DNA of 64,000 bases from the human T2T-CHM13v2.0 reference genome, Homo sapiens (GCF_009914755.1 NC_060936.1); one strand, 5' to 3'; numbered from the stretch's first letter, positions 43,195-62,110 are shown. Program-made: numbers and translations. Notes: generated by a model not told the origin, from the letters alone.

Positions 43195-43554
43195 TCATTA
43201 ATTGTGATAAATGTTCCATGGTACTGTAAGATATTAACAATAGGGGAAACTGTGTGTGTGGGGGGGAACACGTGGTTACTTTCTGTGCTATCCACCCAAT
43301 TTTTCTGCAAATCTAAAACTGTTCTAAAAATAGTCTATTAAAAATACTCCAGGTTGGGCACAGTGGCTCACACCTATAATCCCATCACTTTGGGAAGCCA
43401 AGGCAAGCAGATTGGTTGAGCTCACGTGTTCGAGACCAGCCTGGGCAACATGTTAAACCCCATCTCTACAAAAAATACAAAACATTAGGCCAGGTGTGGT
43501 GGCTCATGCCTGTAATGCTAGTAATTTGGGAGGCTGAGATGGAGGACTGCTTGA

Positions 43555-43839
<285 letters not shown>

Positions 43840-43917
43840 TGATCTGCCCGCCTTGGCCTCCCAAAGTGCTGGGATTACAGGCGTGAGTCACTGTGCCCAG
43901 CCTAGATTTTTTTTTTA

Positions 43918-44268
<351 letters not shown>

Positions 44269-44441
44269 TCATGGAACAACATACAACATTCAAAGTTCAA
44301 AACAAGCAAATAAATAAATAATTGCCGGGCATGGTGGCTCATGCCTGTAATCCCAGCACTTTGGGAAGCCAAGGTGGGCGGATCATGAGGTCAGGAGTTT
44401 GAGACCAGCCTGGCCAACATTGTAGAACCCTGTCTCTACTA

Positions 44442-44573
<132 letters not shown>

Positions 44574-44603
44574 CTACACACTCCAACCTGGGTGGGAGAC
44601 TGA

Positions 44604-44714
<111 letters not shown>

Positions 44715-44731
44715 TGAGACCATCCTGGCTA

Positions 44732-45157
<426 letters not shown>

Positions 45158-47347
45158 TTATTTTACAGATAAGAAAAATGAGGTTGTTATTTACCCAAGC
45201 TTCAAAAGACTTTCAGGGTCACAAAATAAAAGAAGTAATAAAACAAAATTCACTCATGGGTACTTCTGGCAGGAGTGGGGCTAGAGGAGTAGGGCCAGCT
45301 GGGATCAGCCTGGCGCACAGGCGTGTGGGGGTCCTGGAAATGTTCTATTTTGTGACCTGGGTGGTTGTGTACACATTTTTCCTGTGGTTTTGTAAACACT
45401 TCTACTATGCTTTCACATGCTTCTGTATGTATGCTGTATTTCACCAATGTCCCATTTTTATTAAAATAATCAAGAAATCCCTGCCAGGCCCCAGGCAGGC
45501 TCTTGGCCTGGGCTCACTGGAGGTTCATTATGCACAGGGACCACTCTCCCAGATCTGCTCAGGGGTCTCCACACAGCCTTGACTCAGAGAGGGCCCCTCC
45601 CTGGCCTCCCCTAGGAGGACAGAAGCTGCCTCCAGGTCACTGCGTGGCTTGTGTCTATGCCCAGCATTCTGGAACAAGCTCCAGTAGGGGGATATACACG
45701 AGGTCACCTCTCTCCCTTCCTGTCACACTAGTAGGCTTCACCAAACAGCAGCAGCACAGATGTGGGGAGTGGCCTGGGCCTGCAGGGGTCCTGGTGTCAG
45801 CTCGTTTGGGCCCCTCAAGGCTGGGGCTTCAGTCTGGGAGCCACCTTGTCTGAAGGACAGACCCCTGCTGGCTGTGGTTCCTACTCAATTCCTAGACCAA
45901 ACCTCTGTTGCCCCATGGAGACTGATAGGGAAGATGGGCCCGTGGGCCGAGGGGCCAGCTGACTAGGTCATGGGTAGAGGATGACCCAAACATGAAAAAA
46001 ATAACTTCCCTGGGCCTCTTGCTTACGCAAGACCAGGCCCAGCACTTAGGGGTTCAGGTCAAATCCACTGATCTAGTGCCAAAGGGGTCCTAGCCCACAG
46101 GGCAGAAGGCAAGGTTACCATCCTCAGGGATGCTGGCCTGACAAGGACCAAGGTTTAGCCCTCAGAGGCTGCTCCCCACCCATACACCCCTCCGAGGGCT
46201 CCAAGTGCTGCCACCCCTGCTACAAGGCCCCTTTCATGTTATGCCCCCACCTGACGACAGTGGAAGACCCAACTCTCTGAGTCTTATACCAAAGGAACAT
46301 GGAGGTACAGAGAACCCAAGGGAGCTGCCCATAGCCACACAGCCAGTGACAGGCCATGAGGCAGAGGCAGAGGCTTCCCGAGGGTGGAGAGAGGCCCTCC
46401 CCCAGGCCTCAGCCCTCCTAGTGAGGAGGGTGGGTACCTCTGAGGCGGCACTGAAGGAGGGGGACTCAGGGACGATACAAGCAGCCAGCACCCCCCCGAC
46501 CCCAACACACACAAAACCTCATCAAGCACAGTCTCCCTCAGCCCTCAACAGGGGAGGAACTGACCTCAGTCCAGGAAATACCCCAACTGCAGAGCCAGGC
46601 GAGGGGGAGGGACCCCAAATCCCACAGCCAGGAGAAAGCTAAGGGGGAGGCCTGAGAGGATCGCAGAGAGCACAAGCTCCTAGCTCCAGCAAGAGGAAGC
46701 GGAGCAGACGCTCAAGAGACTGCAGAGCTCCTGGTTTGCCCCTAACCTGAAGCCCACGGAGGGGCTCCCTGGGTAGACAGGGTGGCTGCCGGGCTAACCT
46801 GGGCATATGTGTTTGCCACGCAGAGAGGACAAGCCAGCCAGGTCCCTTGAAAGTTCCAAAAAAGATTATACTCTCACTCCAAAATCCCCCTGCTGAGAAT
46901 TTACCCAAAGAAGGAAAAAAAATAGCACAAAGGAGGTCACCAGAGGGTTGTTTATAAAGAGAGAGACACTGGAAGATTTAAGTGGCCAGCGAGAGCTGTG
47001 TCGTGACGCGCTGTCCTTGCCAGACTGTCTGCAGCCTTTAGACAAAGCAAGGCTGAGGCCTGCAGCAACAGACGGTGAGGCGGGCTTAGTGTGGCTGTTT
47101 TCTCTGGAACAGAATATATGATACAATTGCAGAGAGATCCGTTAAGACCATACTGAAACTCCAGGGCAGGAGGCTCTGGACAGACGAAAACAGCTAATGT
47201 GTCCATCTGAGACTCAGTGCACTCATCTGTGAAAGCGGCCAATTCTACCTCTCCAACTTCAGGGGGTGTGAGGCTGAGATGTGGTAATGTAGGCAAAGGC
47301 CATGCCTCGTGGCCTGTCTCAGAGGAGCACTCACAAAATAGCAGCTG

Positions 47348-49418
<2,071 letters not shown>

Positions 49419-49539
49419 GAATTTTTTAAACATGTGTAACTTTAGGTAACACATATATATTACAAATACACACCATAGTTCACATAAATTAAGATGTGTT
49501 TACTGGAGTTATCCAGATGGCAGGCTTACAGGTCATTTC

Positions 49540-50110
49540 TTAATTGTCATAAAACATATATAACATAAAATGTGCAACCATCCGCACCATATCCAGAACT
49601 TGTTAAGCATTCTAAGCAGAAACTCTGTCCCTATTAGAAACTAAGTCATTCCTTCCCCCCAGTTCCTGGCAGCCTCTAATCTACTTTGTCTTTATGAATC
49701 TGACTGTGCCAGGCACACCTCAAGATTCATGGAGTCATACAGCATTTGTCCTTTTGTGATTGGCTTCTACCACTTAGAATAATGTCCTCAAAGTTCCTCC
49801 ATGTTGTAGCATGTGTCACTTGCCTTTACAAGGCTGAGTAATATTCCATTGTACCGAAAGACGCACCTTGGTTTGTTTATCTACTCATCTAAGGACACGT
49901 GGGTTGTTTCCACCTTTTGCTGCTGTGGACAGTGCTGCGTGGACATGGACGTGCAATCTTTTGGCGTTCCAGCTTTCACTTCTTCGGGTGTACACCCGGA
50001 GGTGGAACACTGGATCCTAGGGTAGTAGTACTGTTTGAATTTCTGAATCGCCAGACTGTTCTCCACAGTGGTTGTGCCACCTTACATTCCCACCAGCAGT
50101 GCACAGTGGC
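49540..50110 (-). mobile_element. L1M (L1MB-like) 3' fragment
   Basis: Typical antisense L1 3' text (tttgtccttttgtgattggctt, aggctgagtaatattccattgt, ttacattcccaccagcagtgca). Confidence 0.75.
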
Positions 50111-53100
50111 ACTGTTACTTTAAAATTCATATTTTCTTTTCATGGCTGCTGTGGAGGCTGCACTGTGGGCTTCTTGGTTTGTTCCTGACCTTGCTGGTGC
50201 CGTGTGCTGTGCTGCCAATGACCTTCCACAGCAATCTGAGAAAACCCTACACTCTGGACCAGGCTGGTGGTGGCCTGGGCGGGGGTGCTGTTTGCCCAGG
50301 CCTGGAGGGGTCTAGACGGCAGACCTGCACTGCACCCCAAGACGGGAGGTGGCAACTGAGGCCCCTCCTGCTGCCCTGGGGCAGGGAGGCTCCTGCAGAA
50401 AGTGGAAAACCTTAGTAAGGCACTTACCTCAATGGCCCCTCCCAGCGCAGGGCTTCCCGGTGACCTGGCCACAGCCGTGCCTGGAGGATGAGGTGAGGTT
50501 CATGTGGAGTCTGGACTCACTGCCTGTCGTCAGCAGGGAACGCAGGCCTGAGCACAACCCCAGAGAGCTGCTCACGGGGACAGCTCACCTAAGCTCTGGG
50601 AAGCAGCTCCGCGCAGGCCCTGGCCTGCCACAGGTAAGCCAGTGTAGGGCTGGGAACGCAGGAAGCCACAGGTGAGGCCTTTGGAGGCCGGTTCCTCCCA
50701 CCCACGGACAGCTGCAGAGTTAACTCCCAAGGGCCCTCTGGGGTCAGGCCTGCAGCTGTTGGGAACTTCGAGCTCCCCTCTCGCAGGTTTCTCAATACTT
50801 TTCCAGGGAACACCTGCATAGAATAGGAAGTCAGGGTGGGAAGTGAAAGCTGCAGACCACTGGGCCTGGGCCAGGCCTCTGGATTCCAATAAAAGTTTGG
50901 TGCTGGGCCTGGGAACCTGCATCGCTGAGATGCATGCTCTAGTTTGGGGATTGCAGATTTGGGCAAAAGCCGGCCTCATTTTTTGGAATTCAGAGGCAGG
51001 AGTGTGGCCCCCCAGCTGTGGCTGCAGGGAGAGCTCCTGCCATCAGCCATGAGTAGGGTACATACCTACCAGGTCCCTGGAGCCCAGCAGAGGTTGAAAA
51101 GTGAAAAATGGGAGGTTCTGTTGAAGGCAAGGCTCACCTCGACTCCAGAGCCCGCCTCCCTGCTTGGCTGAGGGCCCTTCAGAGACGAGAGGGCTCCAGA
51201 AGTGCAGAACCACCCCCAGCTCCCCAGGGAGGCCTGGCCAGCTGGCATTCCCCCGTGAGGATGTCGCAAAGGGTGACGTGCTGAACGCCGCACGGACTCA
51301 TTTAGTCCTCACCCCAGGAGGCAGCAGGGGCTGCATAGCTAACTGCCCCAGCAGCCCATGGGTTCTGAGGGGCAGGGGGGTCTTTTTAGACCCAGGTGGT
51401 CTCTGAACAATCTGGAAGGTGGAGAAATGACTGTTTAAAACACCCCCATACTGGCTGTGTGGGACTCCAGAACCCAGAAAGAACTTGTGGTGACTGGGCA
51501 TTTGGGGGCTGTCCTTGGTCAGGTGCCTGGTCTCCAGGCAGGTGGCTCGGCAGGAGAGACACAGGGCTGAGCAGCCTGGTTCTGTCCCTGCCTCCTGGAG
51601 CTCCCTGCCCTTGAGGTTTTGGGTTTGTGAAAGAGTGACAGTGGCAGTGCCAAGCGACAGCTTCAGCACCCTCTGAGCACCACTCTTTGATGTCGACCGA
51701 ATGTTTTCTCCATCCCGTGTGAGGTGGTTTCACACCTTCAGCCGCCTCTTCCAACCTGGCTGTCACCCTGGGGCTGGAGCTGCAGAGAATGAGGATCCGT
51801 CCTAGCAGGTGCTGGGCTGCAGGAGCCTGGAGAGCACAGGGGCTCTCAGCAGGGCTGAGGGGCATGTCAAGGAAGGGGATGGTGGGAGGGTGCCAGCTGA
51901 GGGCAATGCATGGGGCCTGGGCTCTGGGACCCTGATCCAGTGGATGTGAGTGCGGTGGTGAGCCTGCCATGCAGAGATGAGATTGCGCGGTGGGGCTGGG
52001 CTTCCTCCTGGAGTCAGGGGAAAGGAAAAGAGGCATCGCCTCTCTCTCATCACAGTATGACAGGTCATGGAGCTGAGGAAGCCCATGAAGTGAGGCTGCA
52101 TCCTGGACAGCATGCCTAGGCCAAGGGGCAGGCAGCTTCTTCTACTGGCCGCACACTCACCTGGTGTGACCCCAACTATCTGTGGGGCTTTATTTTTTTT
52201 TAAACACTGTCTCTGTCGCCCAGGCTGGAGTGCAGTGCAGATCCTGGCTCACTGCAACCTCCACCTCCTGGGTTCAAGTGATTCTCCTGCCTCAGCCTCC
52301 TGAGTATTGAGTAGCTGGGATTATAGGTGTGTACCACCATGCCCGGTTAATTTTTGTATTTTTAACAGAGCGGGGGTTTCACCATGTTGGCCAGGCTGGT
52401 CTCAAACTCCTGGCCTCAAGTGATCCACCCGCCTCGGCCTCCCAAAGTGCTGTGATTACAGGTGTGAGCACGCCTAGCCTTATATGTCTCTTTAGAAGTG
52501 GCTCAGATCAAGTGATGTTGCGCAGGCTTTGGGTCTTAGACTGAAAGACTCATAGAAACTTTTTGCCCATTTTAAATTGCAGTTATCAGATGTTCTGAGC
52601 TCATTAACTACTGTACACTTACAGTTTTTACATTTTAGGATACGACTTTCTACTGACATCAAATTTATATTTTGCAGCACCTTGGACTAATTTTTGAATT
52701 TGGGATTAGCTGTGACACCCACCCCTCACCTCCGATTAATTGTATACTCAGAGCCATCGCAACTTAAGGCACAAGGGAGAGGGTGTGGGAAGAAACTCCC
52801 AGCCCCAGAGCTCAGGGTGTGATACTCAGGCTGACCAGTGACAGACTGCTGGAACCAGACCCCAATCTCACAGCTGCAGCAAAAGAGCCAGGCAGACGCA
52901 GCTGAAATCTGGCCAAAGACTCTCAGGCTCCAGGGAAATTAACCTACCCAATATGCAAACAGATGAACCAGCTCAGGGTTCCTGAGCTTTCCAACCCTCC
53001 TGGCTCCCAACACCAGGGGAAGAAAGTCTATTTCTGGCAAATAATTCTGGGGCTGAATCAATGCATTGCGAATAAGACAAAAATACTAAGAGTCTATTTT

Positions 53101-53151
53101 GAAAAGGGCTTCCATTCTGATCACCCCAACACCATGACTGTACAAACCAGT

Positions 53152-53157
53152 TTTATT
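53152..53157 (-). terminator. ANAPC7: Poly(A) signal in the ANAPC7 3' UTR
   Basis: TTTATT on + (AATAAA on -), about 640 nt after the stop; longer UTR ends are possible. Confidence 0.65.
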
Positions 53158-53800
53158 AGGGAACTGCCCCAGGTGCACCTCTGGTTCATGCTCTTGTCAC
53201 ACCTGTTTCTCAGATCAGCCCAGGCTCAGAGGCAAGTTACTAGCTAAGCAAAGAGGAAAACTGTTCTGCAAAATAGCAACTGTCAGCTTAAGGCATTACT
53301 AACATTGCAGAAGGAAGCAAGATTTACTAGGGACATCTGGATAGCCCAGGACAATGACTTCTGGGAACAGGAAGCTCCCTAGGGCCAGATCGTGCTGCCA
53401 TCCAACTTGGGAGATGACATTATCGTGCTGGGATGGTGGGTAACTCCTTCAAACCAATCCATGTCACAGAACACTGTCTATTCCTTGAGCTTTTGGATTT
53501 AGAAATTAGTTATATAAAAAGTACTCTTGGCCCAGAAGCCCCAACATGTGCGTGGGTCTCGGGGCACTCCCTCAGTCCTCCCTGGCTGGAGCAGGGGAGG
53601 ATGGAGATACATGGAAGGTTGGTCAGGCTCTGTTTTAGAAATGAAGTCACGACTAGGAATTGGGAGCGAGGGGGCAGAGACCCCTGCTGCAATCACATGC
53701 TGAATCATTGTCCTTCTGAGAGCAGGCTCCTACGGTTCCTTCAGTCCACGGAAGTGCTCAGAGCAGGGCAGGCCACTGCGGCCATGGAGCTGCCGCCCCC

Positions 53801-53990
53801 TCACTGCATGCCGAACCACTGCTCCTGGTCAGCCCACTGGGCCGCCTCACTGTCGCTGCCCTCCAGGTCCCCTTCTTCCCCACTCCCTTCCATGTCGTCC
53901 ACATCCTCCTCCTGAGTGGCATCCGTGGGACTCTCCTCCTTCTCCATCTTCTGCATCCCCTCTAGAGACTTCTGGTCATTGGGGTCCAAA
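53801..53990 (-). CDS. ANAPC7: APC7 last coding exon (LDPNDQKSLEGMQKME...EQWFGMQ*)
   Basis: Minus-strand acceptor cccctag|; ORF 53801..54004; acidic C-terminal tail. Confidence 0.95.
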
Positions 53991-55139
53991 CTAGGGGACA
54001 ACAAAACAAAGGAGAGGCCTGAATCTCTGCCTTGCTCTTGCTGGCTGATTCGTCATCTCCCTGGCCCGGCAGTGAAATGACCACACAGTCCCAAAAAATG
54101 TGCTAAAGCCTGGCCTCTCCAAACAACTCAGGCTTCCAAGGCTGGGTTGAGGGAGTCCACCACCAGAAGTGCAAAAAGGAGTCTCTTCCTAATTTTTAGA
54201 GTTCTCAATTTGAGTTTTTCTCCACAAATTTCTTAAACTTTTTCATACCTATTACCCCTAGCATTCTGCTAGAGGCGGCTACCAGATAACACAAATGAAA
54301 AAGTGGCAAACAAACATTACCAGGTAAATTCAAATGGAATTCCCAGAAAGTTGGGTTTTAGAGCTACAGGGTTACAAAAAATAGGAATTTCTCTGAGTAT
54401 AGGTGTCCCATGTTCTTATGATGTAATTAAACATAGCAGCATTTCAGGAGCCAACCAAAAACATCACGCTGTACCATGGAACAGACTTGTAAACACCTAG
54501 GTCAGACCCCAGGACCCAAGGCTACCCCTACCCAAGCATTCACATTTAGCAGCTGAGTGTCAGTACATACGCCACCCCCACCCCCAAAGTTCAGAGCCTC
54601 TAGAACATTCATTTATTTGCCTCCTAAGCAATCTTTCCTCTTGCCTTAGTGACCATCACCCAAGCCAGCAGGCGTCCCACGCCTAGCAAACCCCACCTCT
54701 AATGGAAGTCTGATATTTTATTTTCTCACTTGCTTCTGAGATTCTAAAAAGCAGCTAAAACCCATGTTGGCACCGTTTCTACCGATATAAATGCGGACCG
54801 ATCTGTAACATCTCCTCGTCTCCTGGTTGAAGCCTTCCACATCCTGTACTCTGAAGCTCTCACCCATACCCAGGGCTCCTGCCCTCTGGACTCCCACCTT
54901 CCCTTCTACAGACTACTATGAAAGCCCTTAGCACATGGCATGGCCAGTCTGCATGTCTGAGACTGACAGCTCCCGAAACATAGCATCTCCAGTTGTCACT
55001 GAGATGCTAGGCACACAAGTGGTGCTCAACTGTGTGCTGAACAATTGAATGTGATCAGACTCTATTAAAGACAGCCCTTCACCATAACCTTACAGACACA
55101 CAGACAACCCTCAAAGAAACCACTTCTGTATTAAACAGT

Positions 55140-55350
55140 AAGAATACCACTATTTATTTAGCATTTACTATGTACCAGGCACAGGGCTAAGAGCTTTACA
55201 TGAAATAATCATTTAACCCTCATTCGATCATTTAATATCTAATAAGGTAGCTAGATATAGACAAGGAAATGTGTTAGTAACTTGCCCAAGATCACAGGTG
55301 GTGAAGGTAGTATTCAAAACTTCAGACCTCAAGTTCTTAATGACTACAGT
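55140..55350. mobile_element. MIR element
   Basis: tactatgtaccaggcac...gctttacatg...taacttgcccaagatcaca core. Confidence 0.7.
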
Positions 55351-55722
55351 AGATAGAAACATGGGAAAGTACTTACAATACTTTGATTTGAAAAAGAAGA
55401 ATATAAAATATATACTAGGTACAGCCCTATAAAAATATGTGTGTGTGGGCAAGGACAGAAGATGAGCTATACAAATGAACACAGATGTTATAGTGGTGTG
55501 GGATGGTTATGAGTGAAACAGTTCTCTAATGTTGTTAATATATTTTAAGAAAAAATTTTTAGAAGTCATGAATTCACAAATAACTCTTCTACCATTACTA
55601 TTATTATTCTGCTTTCAACCATGGACACAAAGTGTGTGTGTGTTTCCATAACTCCTGTGACACAGCTCACTGCCTCCTCTACCCTCCTCAGTGGCCTTCC
55701 CCCAAGGGAGGCTAGTGCCTAC

Positions 55723-55873
55723 CTTAGTGCTATACTATACTGGTCCATTGCCTCCTGATACTCATTGACAGCTACAAGGAAATCTCCTAGGATCCGATGC
55801 AGGACACAGTCACTCTGATTAGCCAGTGCGTTCCTCAGCAAAGCAATTCCATCTTCATATTTCTGTTCTCTGC
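55723..55873 (-). CDS. ANAPC7: APC7 penultimate exon (REQKYEDGIALLRNALANQSDCVLHRILGDFLVAVNEYQEAMDQYSIAL)
   Basis: cccag| ... |gtaggc on the minus strand, 151 nt, TPR-like. Confidence 0.95.
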
Positions 55874-56038
55874 CTGGGGGAATAAAAAAGACCCTCACTT
55901 AAGTCATGTACAAAAAAACCACAACTACCATTCTGACCATCTCTTTGCAGACATCCTCAAGAGAACACTGGTGCAACACAAAGCGAGGGCAAGCACACCT
56001 GAAGCCCTATTCAGTTAAGAAATTTTCCATCCTGGCTA

Positions 56039-56278
<240 letters not shown>

Positions 56279-56624
56279 TTAAATGGGCTCTTAACTTTAA
56301 AAAGCCAAACTGCTTTGCCAACTAGCCCAAATTCAATGAACCAAATTATGAGTTTATCATAAATCAGGACTGAAAAAAAAAAAAAAGGGCCAAACGGGAA
56401 GTCATAAAATCATCCAGATAGCTCCACTCAAAATGGCTAAAATCAGTTAGTTATATTCAGCTCCAACTAATTCAGGACAACTCAAACCAGATAACAGTGA
56501 GCCGAGGCTGGGCACGGTGGCTCACACCTATAATCCCACCACTTTGGGAGGCCGAGGCGGGTGGATCACAAGGTCAGGATTTCGAAACCGGCCTGGCCAA
56601 TATGGTGAAACCCCATCTCTACTA

Positions 56625-56975
<351 letters not shown>

Positions 56976-57057
56976 CTAGCTGGGACAAGGGGCTCCAACT
57001 GAGGTCAGGTTTTATAAAAATTAATGATGAACAGGACAGAAAATAAGACACACTTAC

Positions 57058-57282
57058 TAAGTAGTTCTGCTTTTTTCACCACAGCCTTAATGTAATCTGG
57101 CCTTTGGGTCAGGGCTTTATCTAATAATGTTTTGGCTTTCTCCTGTGTCACTGGGTCTTCAAGACAAACGGTGGCTAAAAGGGTAAGGGTCTGTGCATTT
57201 GCTCCCAGAGTTTTGTAAACGTTGTTAGCCATTACCATTGCTTCTCGAATACTGTTGGAGGCTAAGTAACATTCGATAAGAC
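57058..57282 (-). CDS. ANAPC7: APC7 exon (LIECYLASNSIREAMVMA...VKKAELL)
   Basis: ttcag| ... |gtaagt, 225 nt; ORF 57005..57310. Confidence 0.95.
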
Positions 57283-57748
57283 CTGAAAAAAGTAAAACAC
57301 GTGAAGACATTCAATGCCATTACCATTCCAACCCATGCTTCCACTCTGACAGCTCTCCAAATTGCTAACCTTCAAAGTTTCAGACAAAGGGCAGGCCACG
57401 GGAAACTGATGGTGAGATTAGACTGGCAAGAGTGTTGATGGAATAGCTAAGAAGTGCTCTTCCCCAGAGAACTTGATGGATGTAGAAAAAGACTGCCTTC
57501 AAAGGCACCTTCAGTTTAGGGAAGGAAACAAGCACATGTAAGGAACCTGCAGCATGTGAGCACCCCATCTGACCACTGGAAGAATAAATGCGACACTAAT
57601 GATTAGTCTGTCATATGGCCAAGAGATCAAAGTAGTGAGAGATGATGTTCCCAACAAAACCCAAGGTTTTGCTGCCTCTTAACAAGCAGTTATTCTCCAG
57701 CTGCATTCGGTCACCTGTAGGGCTAGGTTTAAGATGGAAGACTCCTAG

Positions 57749-57937
<189 letters not shown>

Positions 57938-58521
57938 TAGTAGAGACGGGGTTTCTCCATGTTGGTCAGGCTGCTCTCGAACTCCTGACCTCAGGTGATC
58001 CGCCCAGCTCAGCCTCCCAAAGTATTAGGATTACAGGCGTAAGCCACCGTGCCTGGCCTGGCTCCTAGAGTCTTAAAGTGAATTTACAGTTTGACAAATA
58101 AAGGACTTATTGTCAAGCAACTTAGGGAGAAAGACTCTTTTATTTGAAACGTAACAGCTGTCTCAAAAGGCACTTGCTGAGGGCTTCCCTAAACGAGATG
58201 AACAGTACTTACCACATGCACCAAACAGACTGCAACTGGCAGCCCTTGCCTCTTTCCACACCCACAGCGAGACGCCCTATGAGGAGGCCACCTTGAGAAG
58301 AGTCAACTCTCAACTCTTCATGCCAGTAAGTTGAGGAGAACAGAGGAATAACTTTTTGGCACAAAGTGCTCATCAAAACAAAAAAACAGCTTAAAACCCC
58401 AAACCCACACAATCCTTGGCAGATTTTCTCTGCATACTCCTCCACCCTAGCAGCATTTATAACATTCATGCACACCCTTCCACACACTATGGTTACTTAA
58501 CCAGAAATTACCTAACTCTAA

Positions 58522-58734
<213 letters not shown>

Positions 58735-59909
58735 TAGGCTGGTCTCGAACTCCTGACGTCAGGTGTTCCACCCGCCTCAGCCTCCCAAAGTGCTAGGACT
58801 ACAGGCATGAGCCACCATACCCAGCCAATTACCTAACTCTTAAGGGCAACATGTTGGATTCCACATACAGTTGTTTGCAATTACTTACTGAATAGTTTTA
58901 CTTCCCTGCTAAAGCCCTACTGGAACTTCAGAAAAAAACAGAATGCACTTGCCTAACCTAAATCTCTACCAGCAAAAGAAGGAAGCTCCAACTGGAAACT
59001 GTAAGAAATATCAAAGGGTGTAGTCAGAGTTGCCCTGACCTAAATCTCCAAATGGCAGCTTAAGAAGCCTCACTGGCCAACTGGGAAACATCCGCTGTCC
59101 AAATATTATAGGACGGACTATTCAACCGCATCCCTGAGCTCTGGTGAAATAGGCATGCAGTATAATGGAATTAACATGATTAACAGCAGCTGGGAAGACA
59201 GGGAAGTTACAGTTTCAGGATCAAGAAGTTAATCTGAAATCAATGGTTGGTTTGCTAGAGCTTCTTTCAGAACAAAGACAATACTCTTTCCCCCTCAACA
59301 AATCCAGAGGCATAGCTCTCTGGCTATATAAGCAGATTTGTTCTCTTTCCCAACATCCAAATTTTATTTCTCAAATTTGAACTCATCTTCCTGTTAAGAG
59401 CAAATCACTCCTAGACTCCTAGGTTTATTTTTAAATGCTTATAAAAATATGTTTTGGAGGAACTGCATCTTGTAAGATCTATTTTAATGTCTGTGACTGA
59501 GTCACCAAACGTTGCTGAAACTGGCACAGCTCCTTTGAACTCCCAGGGTCAATTCACATGAACTTAAAATATTACATAACAAAACAAAGTTGGACCCTGA
59601 TTGTGCCCACTCTGGAGGTCACAATGAACAGACCCATTCCCACAGCCAACACTATCATATGGATGTGGAGTTATCCCACGAGTACTAACTCTGGCCCAAG
59701 GTAAGATGGCCACGAAAAAGAATAGGCCTAACAGGCCATGTACAGTGGTTCACGTCTGTAATCCCAGCACTTTAGGAGGCTGAATTGGGCAGATCACTTA
59801 AGCCCAGGAGTTCGGGACCAGCCTGGCTAACATGGCGAAACCCCATCTCTACTAAAAATACAAAAATGAGCTGGGTGTGGTGGTGTATGCCTGTAATCCC
59901 AGCTACTCA

Positions 59910-60008
<99 letters not shown>

Positions 60009-60098
60009 CTATCTCAAATAAAAATAAAAAAAATAGGCCGGTTGTGGTGGCTCATGCCTGTAATCCCAGAACTTTGGGAGGCCAAGGCAGGCAGCTCA

Positions 60099-60414
<316 letters not shown>

Positions 60415-60850
60415 TGAGACCATCCTGGCTAGCACGGTGAAACACTGTCTCTACTAAAAATACAAAAAATTAGCCAGGTGTAATCCTAGCTACTGGGGAG
60501 GCTGAGGCAGGAGAATGGCATTAACCCGGGAGGTGGAGCCTGCAGTGAGCCGAGATCATGCCACTGCACTCCAGCCTGGGCAACAAAGCGAGACTCTGTC
60601 TCAAAAAAAAGAGGAGTAAGAGAAAAAAAATAGGCAAACTAAGTGATCTTGCATGGTGTCTGACACAGAGAGATTCATATTAATGAGTACGCCACACTGG
60701 ATGGGGGCGAGCGGTGGGAGGACAAAAAAAAAAAACCCCATCCCAACTATACCCTCACCAAAAACCAGAAAAAAAATCAGAAAAAATGGATTATGAAAGT
60801 ATGGGGTGACAAATCCAGTGAAAGCCCTAAATAAATGTAAAATGCCTAAT

Positions 60851-61340
<490 letters not shown>

Positions 61341-61416
61341 CCTAATGAAACCTTCCATCTGAGGGCTGCTGCCACACCCACGGATTCACACCATTCACCT
61401 ATGTTTTCTTTCTTAC

Positions 61417-61613
61417 CTTCATAACAATCTAAGCGACAAGGTGCGAGCCGTATGGCCTCCCGAAAGTGGATTATTGCTTCTTGGACTCTGCCCATGTTCC
61501 TAAGTGCTGCTCCCTTAAGTAGCAGAGCTTGAACACTATTACTGTTCAGCTGAATGGCCTTGGCTCCTAAATAGAGGGCCCGGGAGTAGCGTTTGCTATA
61601 GAAGCTGTGACAG
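61417..61613 (-). CDS. ANAPC7: APC7 exon (CHSFYSKRYSRALYLGAKAIQLN...RLDCYE)
   Basis: tccag| ... |gtaaga, 197 nt; clear TPR repeats. Confidence 0.95.
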
Positions 61614-62105
61614 CTGGAGGAAAAAAAAAAAAAAAAACACAAAAACCCCAGAAGTTATCCAAGAGAAGACTACAAAGAAAGTTGATCCAAAAATCATATT
61701 GAAGGCCCTGAACATAATCCTTATTCCAAACCACACTTATAGTTTTAACCTAAGATATTAGTAGAAAAGCAAAACAAACCAAAAAATCCACTATTTATTT
61801 TTAAGGGGAAATCTTGATATGGAAGAGAAAAATTATGAAAAAGAACCTATGATCTGGATATTAGTTATTAGCAGAGAGGCATTCAGAGAATTTGTAAAGC
61901 CAGGTTAATAAACAAAGGAGCATCTTCTGGCCCCATCACTGATGGCTCAGTACTAAGCACAATGCATTCACCAACTCAGTTAATGCTTAACCCTAGAAGG
62001 AGAGGTTATTAGCCCATTTTCCAAATGAGAATACAGACCTAGATAGGTAAATAATGCATCCAGAGTCATAAACTATTATTTGAATCCAGGGCTGATTATC
62101 CTTTT

Positions 62106-62110
62106 AAAAA

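Noticed and set aside
46205-46642. 145-aa ORF in the repeat-poor island
   Set aside because: Non-ATG start, low-complexity composition, no family motif
50068-52119. Overlapping ORFs up to 216 aa on both strands
   Set aside because: Pro/Ser/Gly-rich translations typical of GC-rich non-coding DNA; no homology I recognise and no consistent exon structure
53433-53915. 160-aa plus-strand ORF
   Set aside because: Antisense to the ANAPC7 last exon and 3' UTR
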